Shown: positions 42,516 through 52,643, numbered from the stretch's first letter. The stretch is DNA of 64,000 nucleotides from Sedimentisphaerales bacterium (GCA_963663805.2 CAXXMR010000014.1:89016-153015), one strand, 5' to 3'. Translations and numbers: made by a program. The notes: generated by a model from the letters alone, not told the origin.

Positions 42516-43700
42516 ATGAAAGACATCCGCTCACAATTAATTTCTGGTCTCGATAACAAACAGAACATACTCGATATATTCGACCAGACCCAGGAACAAA
42601 TCGAACAACTCACCACCGAACTGCTTATCTGCTATGACCAGCTGAACTCCTCATTCGCCGCGGTAACTGCCCTCGGTCGCTGCCGCATCCCCGAAGAAGG
42701 TATCGACACTCTAATGCAGCAGGTCAGCACAGCTATCAACAGTTGGCAGAGTTATTATATCGGACGTCCCCCATATCCCAACCTCATCGAATGGAAAAAT
42801 CCCGATTCAACCAACCCGAACAATGCTTCATTCCTAAAGGAACATCGCCCCGAAATCAACAATGTAATCAACAGCCTGCAAGACCATATCGTCTGCATGA
42901 TTGATTATCAGGGCCAATACGACCAGGACCAGCGCGGCCGCGGAAACGTCCTCGCCGTCAAACTCAACAGCTTCGACACCGAACAGGAAAATCTCGGCAC
43001 ATTCGTCTTCGTAAGAGGCGACCATCAGGATATGTTCGCCGCCGTAGATATGAACCTCGCCGCGGCACTGGTCAAAATGGGAACCGCCGTGCTCGATAAT
43101 ATTATCTACGCCCGCAAACTCGACCGAGCCTATTTCCAAACCGTAACCGCACTGGTCCGGGCCATCGAAGCCAAAGACGCTTACACCTGCGGCCACTCCA
43201 CACGAGTCGCCGAATTCGCCCGCATACTCGGCCAGAAAATCGGAATGTCACCTCAACAAACCCACTGGCTCGAATGGGCCGGACTGCTACACGACATCGG
43301 CAAAATCGGTATTAACGACCAGGTACTAACCAAGCCCGGACGACTCACCGACGAAGAATTCGACCAGATTAAATCGCACCCCGAAAAAAGCTATAAAGTC
43401 CTCGAACCCATCGAAGCGCTCGGACCATCTTTCGACGCCGTACGCCACCATCACGAACATTATGACGGAGGAGGATACCCCGACGGACTCGCCGGCGAAG
43501 ACATCCCCCTTACCGCACGAGTACTGCAAATCGCCGATGTCTGGGACGCGCTCACCTCAACACGGTCATACCGAAAAGCACTGTCAACCGAAAAAGCACT
43601 GACTATCATGCGCGAAGAAGCCGGAACAACCATCGACCCAAACATCTTCAAACACTTCGAAAAACTAATACTCGAAAACCACCTCCCCACCTCCCAATAA
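42516..43700 (+). CDS. HD-GYP c-di-GMP phosphodiesterase
   Basis: AKDAYTCGHS, LHDIGK, HHEHYDGGGYPDGL. Confidence 0.95.
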   Translation: MKDIRSQLISGLDNKQNILDIFDQTQEQIEQLTTELLICYDQLNSSFAAVTALGRCRIPEEGIDTLMQQVSTAINSWQSYYIGRPPYPNLIEWKNPDSTNPNNASFLKEHRPEINNVINSLQDHIVCMIDYQGQYDQDQRGRGNVLAVKLNSFDTEQENLGTFVFVRGDHQDMFAAVDMNLAAALVKMGTAVLDNIIYARKLDRAYFQTVTALVRAIEAKDAYTCGHSTRVAEFARILGQKIGMSPQQTHWLEWAGLLHDIGKIGINDQVLTKPGRLTDEEFDQIKSHPEKSYKVLEPIEALGPSFDAVRHHHEHYDGGGYPDGLAGEDIPLTARVLQIADVWDALTSTRSYRKALSTEKALTIMREEAGTTIDPNIFKHFEKLILENHLPTSQ

Positions 43701-43888
43701 CCACCCCAACCCCCAAAAAAAACAAAAGCCGCCCCGACTAAGCGACTGGATAAGACCACCAGCCTTCCTGCCATTGCCTACTCTGCCTTTAACACCCTTA
43801 GCACTTTTCTCACCTTACCACCACCACCCAGCCGTTCACTCTTGCCTCATGCCTAGTGCCTCTTGCCTTCTTAAACGCCTGCCTTCCC

Positions 43889-45739
43889 TTACTCAACCGT
43901 AACACTCTTAGCCAGATTCCGAGGCTTATCCACATCGTGCCCCCGAATAACCGCCGCGTGATATGCCAGCAATTGCAGCGGAACAACCGTCAGCATCGGC
44001 TGAAGCTCATCCAGAGTATCCGGCACCGTAAACACATGGTCAGCGTATTTCTGCATCCGGTCATCGCCTTCGGTCGCCACCGCGATAATCTGACCGCCCC
44101 GCGCCTTGACCTCCTCGACATTACCCACAACCTTTTCATACTGACCACAACGCGGCGCCACAAACACCACCGGCATCTCCGGCGTAATCAAAGCAATAGG
44201 ACCATGCTTCATCTCCGCCGCCGGCAATCCTTCAGCGTGAATATAGGATATCTCCTTCAGCTTCAGAGCACCTTCCAATGCCACCGGAAACTGATAACCA
44301 CGCCCCAGGAAAAGCCAGTTCTCCCGCTGAGAATATTTCTCCGCAACCTCGCGAATATAATCACTCTGTTTGAGTATCTCGCTTATCTGCTGAGGTATCT
44401 TACTCAAAGCGGTAATATATTCACTGAAACGCTGCTGCGACATGTGATGACGACGAGCGATATACAATGCCAGCATCGTCAACACCGCCACCTGTCCCGT
44501 AAAAGCCTTCGTAGAAGCCACCCCAATTTCCGGACCCACGTGCAAATAAACACCCGCGTCTGTCTCACGCGCAATCGTCGAGCCCACCGAGTTGACAATC
44601 CCCAGCGACAAAGCCCCCCTGTCCTTAGCCTCACGCAAAGCCGCCAGCGTATCGATCGTCTCACCCGACTGACTGATGACTATCTGTACGGTGTTATCCT
44701 GTATTATCGGATTGCGATAGCGAAATTCCGATGCGTAATCAACTTCCGTAGGCAGCTGCGCCAGCTCCTCAAACAAATATTCCGCCACCAGACCAGAATG
44801 CCACGCCGTACCACAAGCACACAGTATCAATTTCTGAGCCCGAACCAGCTCCCGACTATGAGAAGCGATACCGCCCAGATGGATCTGACCATTAGTAACA
44901 TCCAAACGACCACTCAAACATGCCGCCAGAGTTTCCGGCTGCTCAAATATCTCCTTAGCCATGTAATGCTCATGGTCTGCCAGCTCTATCTCATCCAGAG
45001 AATATTCTATCTGCTCAACCTTGGCAGCCACCGGAACATTTTCAACCGTCATCGTGCGGAAACCGTCCCGCGTAACAATCGCCATCTCATTATCACCCAG
45101 ATATATCGCCTGGGTCGTATGCTGTACTATCGCCGAAGCATCCGACGCGAAAATATATTCATCATCGCCCACCCCCAGAATCAGAGGACTGCCGCAACGA
45201 GCCGCAATCAGCTTATCCGGCTCTGCGCTGCAAAGTACAACAATACCATAAGTACCCACCAGCTCATGAATAGCCAGCCGAACCGCATGTTCCAGCCGAC
45301 TCGTCCCCTCAGGCGATTCGTTCTCATCATAAAAAATACTTATCAGATTAGCGATTACCTCAGAGTCCGTCTGACTGCTGAATGTACAGCCTTTCTTGAT
45401 AAGCCACTTCTTCAGCGTAGCGAAGTTCTCGATAATCCCATTATGAACTATGGCTATTCTGCCGGTATAATCCAAATGCGGGTGAGCATTTTCAGTACTG
45501 GGCACACCATGAGTCGCCCAACGCGTATGAGCAATACCAATAGTACCTTGCAAATGCTTCTTGGCTAACTCCTGCTCCAATACGGAAATTCGACCCACCG
45601 AACGAACCAGATCCAAATGACCACCCTGAAATACCGCCACCCCAGATGAGTCATAACCCCTGTATTCCAAACGCTTTAAGCCCTCAACCAAAATAGGCTC
45701 AGCCTTTTTATCACCCAAATAAGCTACGATTCCACACAT
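43889..45739 (-). CDS. glmS: Glutamine--fructose-6-phosphate aminotransferase
   Basis: MCGI, LEYRGYDS, HTRWATHG, SQSGET, PRNLAKSVTVE. Confidence 0.98.
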   Translation of the reverse strand: MCGIVAYLGDKKAEPILVEGLKRLEYRGYDSSGVAVFQGGHLDLVRSVGRISVLEQELAKKHLQGTIGIAHTRWATHGVPSTENAHPHLDYTGRIAIVHNGIIENFATLKKWLIKKGCTFSSQTDSEVIANLISIFYDENESPEGTSRLEHAVRLAIHELVGTYGIVVLCSAEPDKLIAARCGSPLILGVGDDEYIFASDASAIVQHTTQAIYLGDNEMAIVTRDGFRTMTVENVPVAAKVEQIEYSLDEIELADHEHYMAKEIFEQPETLAACLSGRLDVTNGQIHLGGIASHSRELVRAQKLILCACGTAWHSGLVAEYLFEELAQLPTEVDYASEFRYRNPIIQDNTVQIVISQSGETIDTLAALREAKDRGALSLGIVNSVGSTIARETDAGVYLHVGPEIGVASTKAFTGQVAVLTMLALYIARRHHMSQQRFSEYITALSKIPQQISEILKQSDYIREVAEKYSQRENWLFLGRGYQFPVALEGALKLKEISYIHAEGLPAAEMKHGPIALITPEMPVVFVAPRCGQYEKVVGNVEEVKARGGQIIAVATEGDDRMQKYADHVFTVPDTLDELQPMLTVVPLQLLAYHAAVIRGHDVDKPRNLAKSVTVE

Positions 45740-46189
45740 TATTGCATACTCCTATAGAATGGCAAATTGACCATATTAACATTATTATCGGCCAATAAAA
45801 GACCCAAGTCTAGCCTATTCTCACCCCCAGGAAAAAAGGGGTCAAATCTCTTTTTTCCTTGTTTGAAAATAAAAACAACCCCTGCCCAAGGCAGGCACCT
45901 CGCCGTTAATCACTCAACCCTCGACCGCAGGTCGAAACCTAGCCGTTCACTTCTGCCTCATGCCTAATGCCTCATGCCTTCTTATTAAAAATCTCTTTTT
46001 CAGTCCCAAGCCCTCACCACCAACAGGAACCCAAAACGCCAGCGTCGGAATAAACCACAAAACCCCGTCCTGCCCATCCAGTTTTGTCCACCTCGTCCAG
46101 CCAGTCCACTCCGTCCATAAAACCCACCAAAAACAGGGATTTTTCCAGAAAAATTCGTCCAAAAACCAAAAAAAACCAAAAAAAAAAAC

Positions 46190-46920
46190 GTCCAAAATCG
46201 GCCATCCCAGTCCAAACCGCGCCGAAAACCCCCACCGCAAACACGACTTTGCCACCGCAATAACGCCCCAAACAGGCATATTCACACCCAAAATCCCCCG
46301 CCCACTGCCCCCAAACACTCTTTTTGCCCCCCCCAAATCCCCAATCGCGCTGATTTCGCCCCCTGCAAATTGCGCATTAAGGCGAAAGCCACACCCCAAA
46401 AAACCGTTTTAAGCCGCCATCGCGCCTATAAAATCACCCTCGCGCTCACAAAAATAAGGACTTACAACCATCACCCCCACGCAAAATAATCACTTACACT
46501 AATTATTATCTCAAGCAAGCATCACCGTTCGTTCACCGACAAGACTCACCTGACCACCAAACCGAAACCTCACGACATACGTTTTCATTTTTTTATACTT
46601 TCCCCCTTATTTTTTTTATAATTATAATCACCTGTCGCCCCGCAAGTTATATGGACCTTAATCAAATTATACACGTTCCCCGTCCCCATAAAACCGCTGC
46701 CCCGCTTGACTTCGGACCTACCCGGTGTATATTGATATATCATTGGAACGGTCGATTCGAGACCGGGATTGAGTGAGTGTCGCGTTTTCTTGACCAGGAT
46801 TTTTGGAAGGCAAACGTCTATTTGGCGTAACTTTTGATATATACGTATGTTAGATACCAGTCAACCTGCGGAGGCTTGAAAACTCTTTTCCGGAGGCAAG
46901 AAGCCGGGGAGAAAACATCG
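46190..46920. repeat. ~730-bp direct repeat, copy A
   Basis: Aligns with 50450..51181 at offset 4260-4261. Confidence 0.97.
46706..46733 (+). promoter_or_regulatory. Sigma70-like promoter in the direct repeat (second copy 50967-50994)
   Basis: TTGACT-N16-TATATT. Confidence 0.5.
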
Positions 46921-47043
46921 GGCGAATTAAAGAAACTATGAAAGCCAGATGCTCCGGGACGAATTATGTTATAATCGTCCCGGCGTGGTTGCCGCTGGGG
47001 CACCACAACTTTATTCTTCACAAGGATTAAGGAGCATCTGACC

Positions 47044-48147
47044 ATGGAAACTATTGTAGCAATCGACCTAGGTAAACGCAAGAGTGCATTTTGCAAGCTG
47101 GAGACCGGCTCTTTGACAACCAAATACGCGACCGTCAGAACTTCCCCACAGGAGTTCCACGATATTTTCGCGCAGCTGGACCCTGAAAATTCCATCGTAC
47201 TTTTCGAGGTCGGTTCTCAGGCCGGCTGGCTGGCGGACATGCTCACGGCGTTGGGCCTGCAATTCAAGGTTGCCAACGTCAATCATCTCGCCTGGAAATG
47301 GACCAACAATCCCAACAAGTCTGACAAAGATGATGCTCACCGCCTGGCTATGATGTATCATCACGGCTTCTTTCCTGAAGTTCATGTCCCCAATAAACCG
47401 GTTCGTCAAAAACGCAGTCTCATCTATTATCGCCAAAAGCTTGTCAATCGCCAGACGCAGGTCAAAAACAGCATCCGGGCCCTGATGACTATCATGGCCA
47501 TAGACCTGCCTGATGGCAAAAGCTGCTGGACAAAAAAACATCTCAAGCAAATAGAAACATTGGCTCAGCCCTTCGCTGAAATAGATAACCCCGAAGAACT
47601 CTGGCGTGGCCAACTGGATCTGGAACTGAAACAACTGGAGGCGCTAAAAAAATGTCTCGACCAGACCAGCGAAAAACTCAACCAACTCAATGACAAATCG
47701 GAAAAGGTAAAGTTGTTACAAACCGCCGTAGGAGTAGGTCCCCGAACCGCTGAGGCAATAGTCGCGGTTATTGATGACCCTCACCGTTTTAAAAACAGCC
47801 GCCAGGTTAGCAGTTATGTCGGTTTTACTCCCCGCCGCTATCAGTCCGGCCAAATGGACCGTACCGGCCGTATCAGCAAACGCGGCAATCCTCTTTTGAG
47901 GGCGTTATTAGTTCAGGCCAGTTGGGCCGCTTTGCGATACGATTGGGCCCGAGAGATATACTTACGCGTCAGCCGAGGCAGCGCTAAACGACGTAAAATA
48001 GCCATAATCGCCGTTGCCCGACATTTGCTTATTCGCTGCTGGGCCATGCTGCGCGACCATAAACCCTGGAAGTATAAAATACAAAAGGTATCAGTTAACA
48101 CAAGGAGAAATCGACTGACCCCAACACCTCAGAGGTGCGTTCAATAA
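47044..48147 (+). CDS. IS110-family DEDD recombinase/transposase, intact
   Basis: AIDLGK, FEVG, KSDKDDA, GVGPRTA, YQSG...GRISKRGNPLLR. Confidence 0.96.
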   Translation: METIVAIDLGKRKSAFCKLETGSLTTKYATVRTSPQEFHDIFAQLDPENSIVLFEVGSQAGWLADMLTALGLQFKVANVNHLAWKWTNNPNKSDKDDAHRLAMMYHHGFFPEVHVPNKPVRQKRSLIYYRQKLVNRQTQVKNSIRALMTIMAIDLPDGKSCWTKKHLKQIETLAQPFAEIDNPEELWRGQLDLELKQLEALKKCLDQTSEKLNQLNDKSEKVKLLQTAVGVGPRTAEAIVAVIDDPHRFKNSRQVSSYVGFTPRRYQSGQMDRTGRISKRGNPLLRALLVQASWAALRYDWAREIYLRVSRGSAKRRKIAIIAVARHLLIRCWAMLRDHKPWKYKIQKVSVNTRRNRLTPTPQRCVQ

Positions 48148-48278
48148 AAAATGAATCCGGCTCAGGTCGCATCCTCGCCGGCTTCCCCCCGGCTGACGCC
48201 GAATATAAAGAACCGTTTACAATAACCAGATTAACCAGAACCTAACGACCATAAGAAAAACAAAATTGACATGATTGA

Positions 48279-48450
48279 AGCTCTTTAGTGATCGAGATCG
48301 AATACAGTCGAGCCTGACGGACACCTTGGGCCATTTGAGCCCGTACTTAAGAATAGGCCGACTGCCGCATAAGTTTAATAGGCCCGCGAAATCAAAATAA
48401 TCCCGCGGCAACCTGAATAGGAGCATGAGACGACCGATCATAACCGAGCT
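48279..48450 (+). ncRNA. Predicted bridge/seek RNA of the IS110 element
   Basis: Two stem-internal-loop-stem arms in an outer stem; loop strands match the target and donor junction sequences. Confidence 0.75.
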
Positions 48451-48495
48451 GCAGAAAAGGTACGTAAAGTGAAAAAAAAGAAAATCAAAAAAAAC

Positions 48496-50086
48496 GTAAC
48501 ACTTTAGCCAAGTGAAGCAGAGAACTCCGCGAGTTTTGGCAATTTGCCGGTTTTGATGTATGTTCGCAGGGCTTTTTGATGGTAGCAACCGGGTTTAGGC
48601 CGCGTTGTTTCAGGGTAAAAAACACGCTCATCAGCACCGATTGCGTTCGGGCTCCACGGTCGCTGCGGTTGTTATAGCTGTTCTTTCGCATGATCACCGC
48701 GCCGCGAATGCTGCGTTCGCCAAAATTATTATCGAACGGCACCTCGCGATTGCTCAGAAAAGTGAACAGCTCATCATGATGGCGTTTCAAACGCTTAATC
48801 AACCGCTGAGCTTCCTTGTTCGACCACTCATGCGCGATAATAAGATCCAAGCGTTTTTCGATTCGTTGGCAGCGCCGCTGGTAAACCGTCGCATCCAGTT
48901 CATCGATGCGTTTACGCAGGCGTATCGCGTCGCGAATTAATCGTTTGAGTTTTTTGGAGAACCTCGGCCAATCGCCGCTGTGGTCTTTGGCTTTCCAGAC
49001 TCGCTCCAAATCACGCAGTAAGTGAACCAGGCACTTTTGTTTGGCGCATGACAATACATTGTAAGCATACCAGAAGTCACTTACGAACACGCCGTTGAAA
49101 CATTCTTTGATAAATTCCAAAACCACCGGCCCGGCCCGCGACTGCTCGACCGTAAAAATCGTGGCTTGATGGCTGGTAAAGCACCATAACCAATGCGTTT
49201 TACCGTTTACCCCGCCAGCCGGTCTCATCGCCGTGCAGGACACCGGCTTTTTGAATGTCCTCGATTATTTCTTCGTACCAGGCCAGGAGTATATCCGCTA
49301 AACGATGCCACATCTGGACTAATCCGCCCGGCGACATCTTAAACCGGAGATGAAAATTAAACACCTCCAGGATCTGCGCTATCGTATTGCCCAACGCAAA
49401 GTGGAGCCAGGCACACAAAACCACAATACCATTGCCAATAGATGATTTTGGCAGAGCATCGGTTACGATCGGCTCAACCGCCTTGCGACAGTTCGGACAC
49501 CAGTCGCGATGAATAACATGCTTTACCGTCTCAACGCGAACATCTTCCGGGATGTCTTCGATGATTCGTTCACGTGTGCCGGAACATTTTTTCAGTTCGC
49601 CGCCGCAGTCCGGACAACATGAAGCGCGATGTTCTTCGGTACGGTCTATTTGGGTCGGCAGATTGCGGCGAGTACCTTGATGCCCTTTTTTACGGCCAAA
49701 CTTTTTGCCGCGTTTTTTATCTGTTTTGTTCGGCTTGACAAAAAACCGGCTTCTGACCTGAGGGACACGAAGGATCAGCCGGACTGCCGGCAACTAACGT
49801 ACCTTGTGTTTTTTCCGCTGCCAGTTTCGACAGTCTCAGCAAAACAAAAACCACCGCCTCTCTGCCTTGCTCGTAAATAAGCTCAGCCTGCTCCGCAGTC
49901 AATTCCTGCTCTAAGGCCAGGTCGGCGATAGCCTGTTCAGCATTCGGCTTCATCATGCTGAAACTATAAACCATTACACGCAATAGCGCAAATTACCCAT
50001 CTTAACATTTTGAAGTTTTTTTGTCTTTTTTTTGCACAAGCCAACCCAAAAGCTATAGAATTTGCTTCACTTGGCTAAAATGTTAC
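48496..50086 (-). mobile_element. Compact IS66-family element (1591 bp, TnpC only; ORF split by homopolymer frameshifts)
   Basis: 24-bp IRs GTAACA(C/T)TTTAGCCAAGTGAAGCA (23/24 match); 8-bp target duplication AAAAAAAC; CPDCG, CPNC, HGDETGW, VSD, QKCLVHLLR, DNNFGERSIR. Confidence 0.95.
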
Positions 50087-50449
50087 AAAAAAACTAAAAT
50101 CAACCTTGACACATCTGGCTTCATAGGAGGTGTCCGGTACATTTTTTGATTGACATTTCCGGCAGTCCTGTTATCTTTTCGTTATGGGCAGACGTAAGCG
50201 GGAGGAATTTAATGTCCCCGGTACATTTTCCCCACTCCACTCCCCAACCACCGCCCATCAGAGCCGCGCACGTAAGTAAGCGGTGCCGTTAAATAAAAAC
50301 CCTCGACCGCAGGTCGAAACCACGCCGTTGTCCTTAATTAAAAAGCCCCGCCAAAGGCGGCCCCTCGCCGTTCACTCTTGCCTCATGCCTCATGCCTTCT
50401 TAAATCTCAAATTTTCCCCAAAAAATAAAAAAAACCGCTCGAAAAAATC

Positions 50450-51181
50450 ATCAAAAATCGGTCATCCCAGCCCAAACCGCGCCGAAAACCCCCACCGCAA
50501 ACACGACTTTGCCACCGCAATAACGCCCCAAACAGGCATATTCACAACCAAAATCCCCCACCCCCTTACCCCAAATACTCTTTTTACCCCCCAAAAATCC
50601 CCAATCGCGCTGATTTGACCCCCTTCAAATTGCGCATTAAGGCGAAAGCCACACCCAAAATCCCCGTTTTAAGCCCCAATCGCGCCTATAAAATCACCTT
50701 CGCGCTCACAAAAATAAGCACTTACAACCATCACTCCCACGCAAAATAAGCACTTACACTAATTATTATCTCAAGCAGGCATCACCGTTCGTCCACCGAC
50801 AAGACTCACCTGACCACCAAACCGAAACCTCACGACATACGTTTTCATTTTTTTTATACTTTCCCCCTTATTTTTTTTATAATTATAATCACCTGTCGCC
50901 CCGCAAGTTATATGGACCTTAAGCAGATTATACACGTTCCCCGTCCCCATAAAACCGCTGCCCCGCTTGACTTCGGACCTACCCGGTGTATATTGATATA
51001 TCATTGGAACGGTCGATTCGAGACCGGGATTGAGTGAGTGTCGCGTTTTCTTGACCAGGATTTTTGGAAAACAAACGTCTATTTGGCGTAACTTTTGATA
51101 TATAAGTATGTTAGATACCAGTCAACCTGCGGAGGCTTGAAAACTCTTTTCCGGAGGCAAGAAACCGGGGAGAAAACATCG
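50450..51181. repeat. ~730-bp direct repeat, copy B
   Basis: Aligns with 46190..46920. Confidence 0.97.
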
Positions 51182-51278
51182 AGAGGATCGTGGTTACAAC
51201 TCACGGTCCTCTCTGCTTTTGCGCGCACACCCACCTTTGCGCTTCTGATTTCACCATATTAATGGTAAAACTCCCTTT

Positions 51279-52643
51279 ATGAATTTATTCGCCGATGCCG
51301 AAAACAAAAACCGACAAAACGCCGCCCCCCTGGCCGTACGCATGCGCCCGCGTAACCTTACCGAATTCGTTGGCCAGCAAGCATTTATAGCGCCAGGTAA
51401 ACTGCTCTGGCGGATGCTCCAGGCCGACCGACTCACCAGCCTCATCTTCTACGGGCCACCGGGCACCGGCAAAACAACCCTCGCCAATGTTATCGCCCGC
51501 CAAAGCTCCGCCGCCTTCATCCCCACCAATGCCGCCCAGATTGGCGTAGCCGAAATTCGCACCATAATCAAAACTGCCCAGGACCGCCTCGCTGTCGAAG
51601 GCAGAAGAACTGTCCTGTTTCTCGACGAAATACACCGATTCACCCGTTCCCAGCAGGATGTTCTGCTGGACGATGTGGAAAACGGCACGGTCACCCTTAT
51701 CGGCGCGACCACCGAAAACCCCTTTTTTACCGTCAATTCCGCCTTAGTTTCACGTAGTACAATTTTTGAATTTGAGGTCTTAACTATCGAAGATATAAAG
51801 ACTTTACTCACTAATGCCCTGAAAGACTCTGAGCGTGGGCTGGGTAAATATCAGATTGAAATTACCCCGGATGCTTTGGAATATCTGGCTTTGATGAGCG
51901 ACGGCGATGCTCGGCGGGCATTGACCGCTCTGGAGGTGGGGGTACTCTCGCAGGTTAGTATAAGTAACGACCAGAAAAGCATTTTCGACAAAGAGCTGGC
52001 CGTAGAGTCCATCCAGAAAAAAGCCCTCGTCTCCGACCCTGCCGGCGATAATCACTATGATTTAGCCAGTGCCCTGCAAAAAAGTATGCGCGGCAGTGAC
52101 CCCAACGCCACGGTTTATTACCTGGCCCGCCTCATCGTCGGCGGCGAAGACCTGCGTTTTATCGCCCGGCGTATCGCTATTTGCGCGGCAGAAGATGTGG
52201 GCAACGCCGACCCTGCGGCCACAATTCTGGCTGCTGCCGCGGTACAGATCGCCGAGTTTGTCGGATTCCCTGAGGCTCAACTTCCGCTGGCCCAGGCTGC
52301 TATTTACGTCGCCTGCGCCCCCAAGAGCAACAGTTGCACCCAGGCTATCCAAAAAGCCAGTCAGGACATCAAAAACGGCAGAACCATCCCCGTACCAGCC
52401 CACCTGCGGGACAGCCACTATCCCGGTGCGGCTAAGCTGAACCGGGGCGTCAATTATGAATATTCGCACAACTTCCCCAACGCAGTATCAGCCCAAACCT
52501 TTCTGCCCGAAGGAATTAACGAAAAATATTATCAGCCCACCGACCGCGGCAGGGAAAAACAAATCTCCCATCACCTCGAACAACTGGAAATCATCAAAAC
52601 CCAACTCAGAGCTTCGAAAAATCATCCTGAATCATCCAAATAA
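51279..52643 (+). CDS. rarA: Replication-associated recombination protein A (MgsA/RarA)
   Basis: PLAVRMRP, GPPGTGKTT, DEIHRF, ATTENP, KSMRGSD, EDVGNAD, VPAHLR. Confidence 0.95.
   Translation: MNLFADAENKNRQNAAPLAVRMRPRNLTEFVGQQAFIAPGKLLWRMLQADRLTSLIFYGPPGTGKTTLANVIARQSSAAFIPTNAAQIGVAEIRTIIKTAQDRLAVEGRRTVLFLDEIHRFTRSQQDVLLDDVENGTVTLIGATTENPFFTVNSALVSRSTIFEFEVLTIEDIKTLLTNALKDSERGLGKYQIEITPDALEYLALMSDGDARRALTALEVGVLSQVSISNDQKSIFDKELAVESIQKKALVSDPAGDNHYDLASALQKSMRGSDPNATVYYLARLIVGGEDLRFIARRIAICAAEDVGNADPAATILAAAAVQIAEFVGFPEAQLPLAQAAIYVACAPKSNSCTQAIQKASQDIKNGRTIPVPAHLRDSHYPGAAKLNRGVNYEYSHNFPNAVSAQTFLPEGINEKYYQPTDRGREKQISHHLEQLEIIKTQLRASKNHPESSK

Larger units (their letters stand above)
46931..50129 (+). 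mobile_element. IS110-family (IS1111-type) element, ~1.6 kb, interrupted by IS66
   Basis: Sub-terminal IRs ATGAAAGCCAGATG (46938-46951) and CATCTGGCTTCAT (50112-50124); AG core at both junctions; TTGACA at 50106-50111. Confidence 0.9.

Noticed and set aside
43856..45568. 570-aa plus-strand ORF
   Set aside because: Antisense shadow of glmS with no recognisable motifs
45740..45900. glmS ribozyme upstream of glmS
   Set aside because: Conserved ribozyme core not recognisable; the region holds only an SD and repeats
45947..46412. ORFs across the dispersed repeat (also 748..1125 and 50283..50618)
   Set aside because: Low complexity, frames broken by indels between copies, no SD
46740..46930. Possible CRISPR leader or array
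   Set aside because: No repeat-spacer units follow either copy and no cas genes are present
46190..51181. Composite transposon bounded by the 730-bp repeats
   Set aside because: The repeats have no transposase, terminal IRs or flanking duplication; the internal IS elements have their own ends
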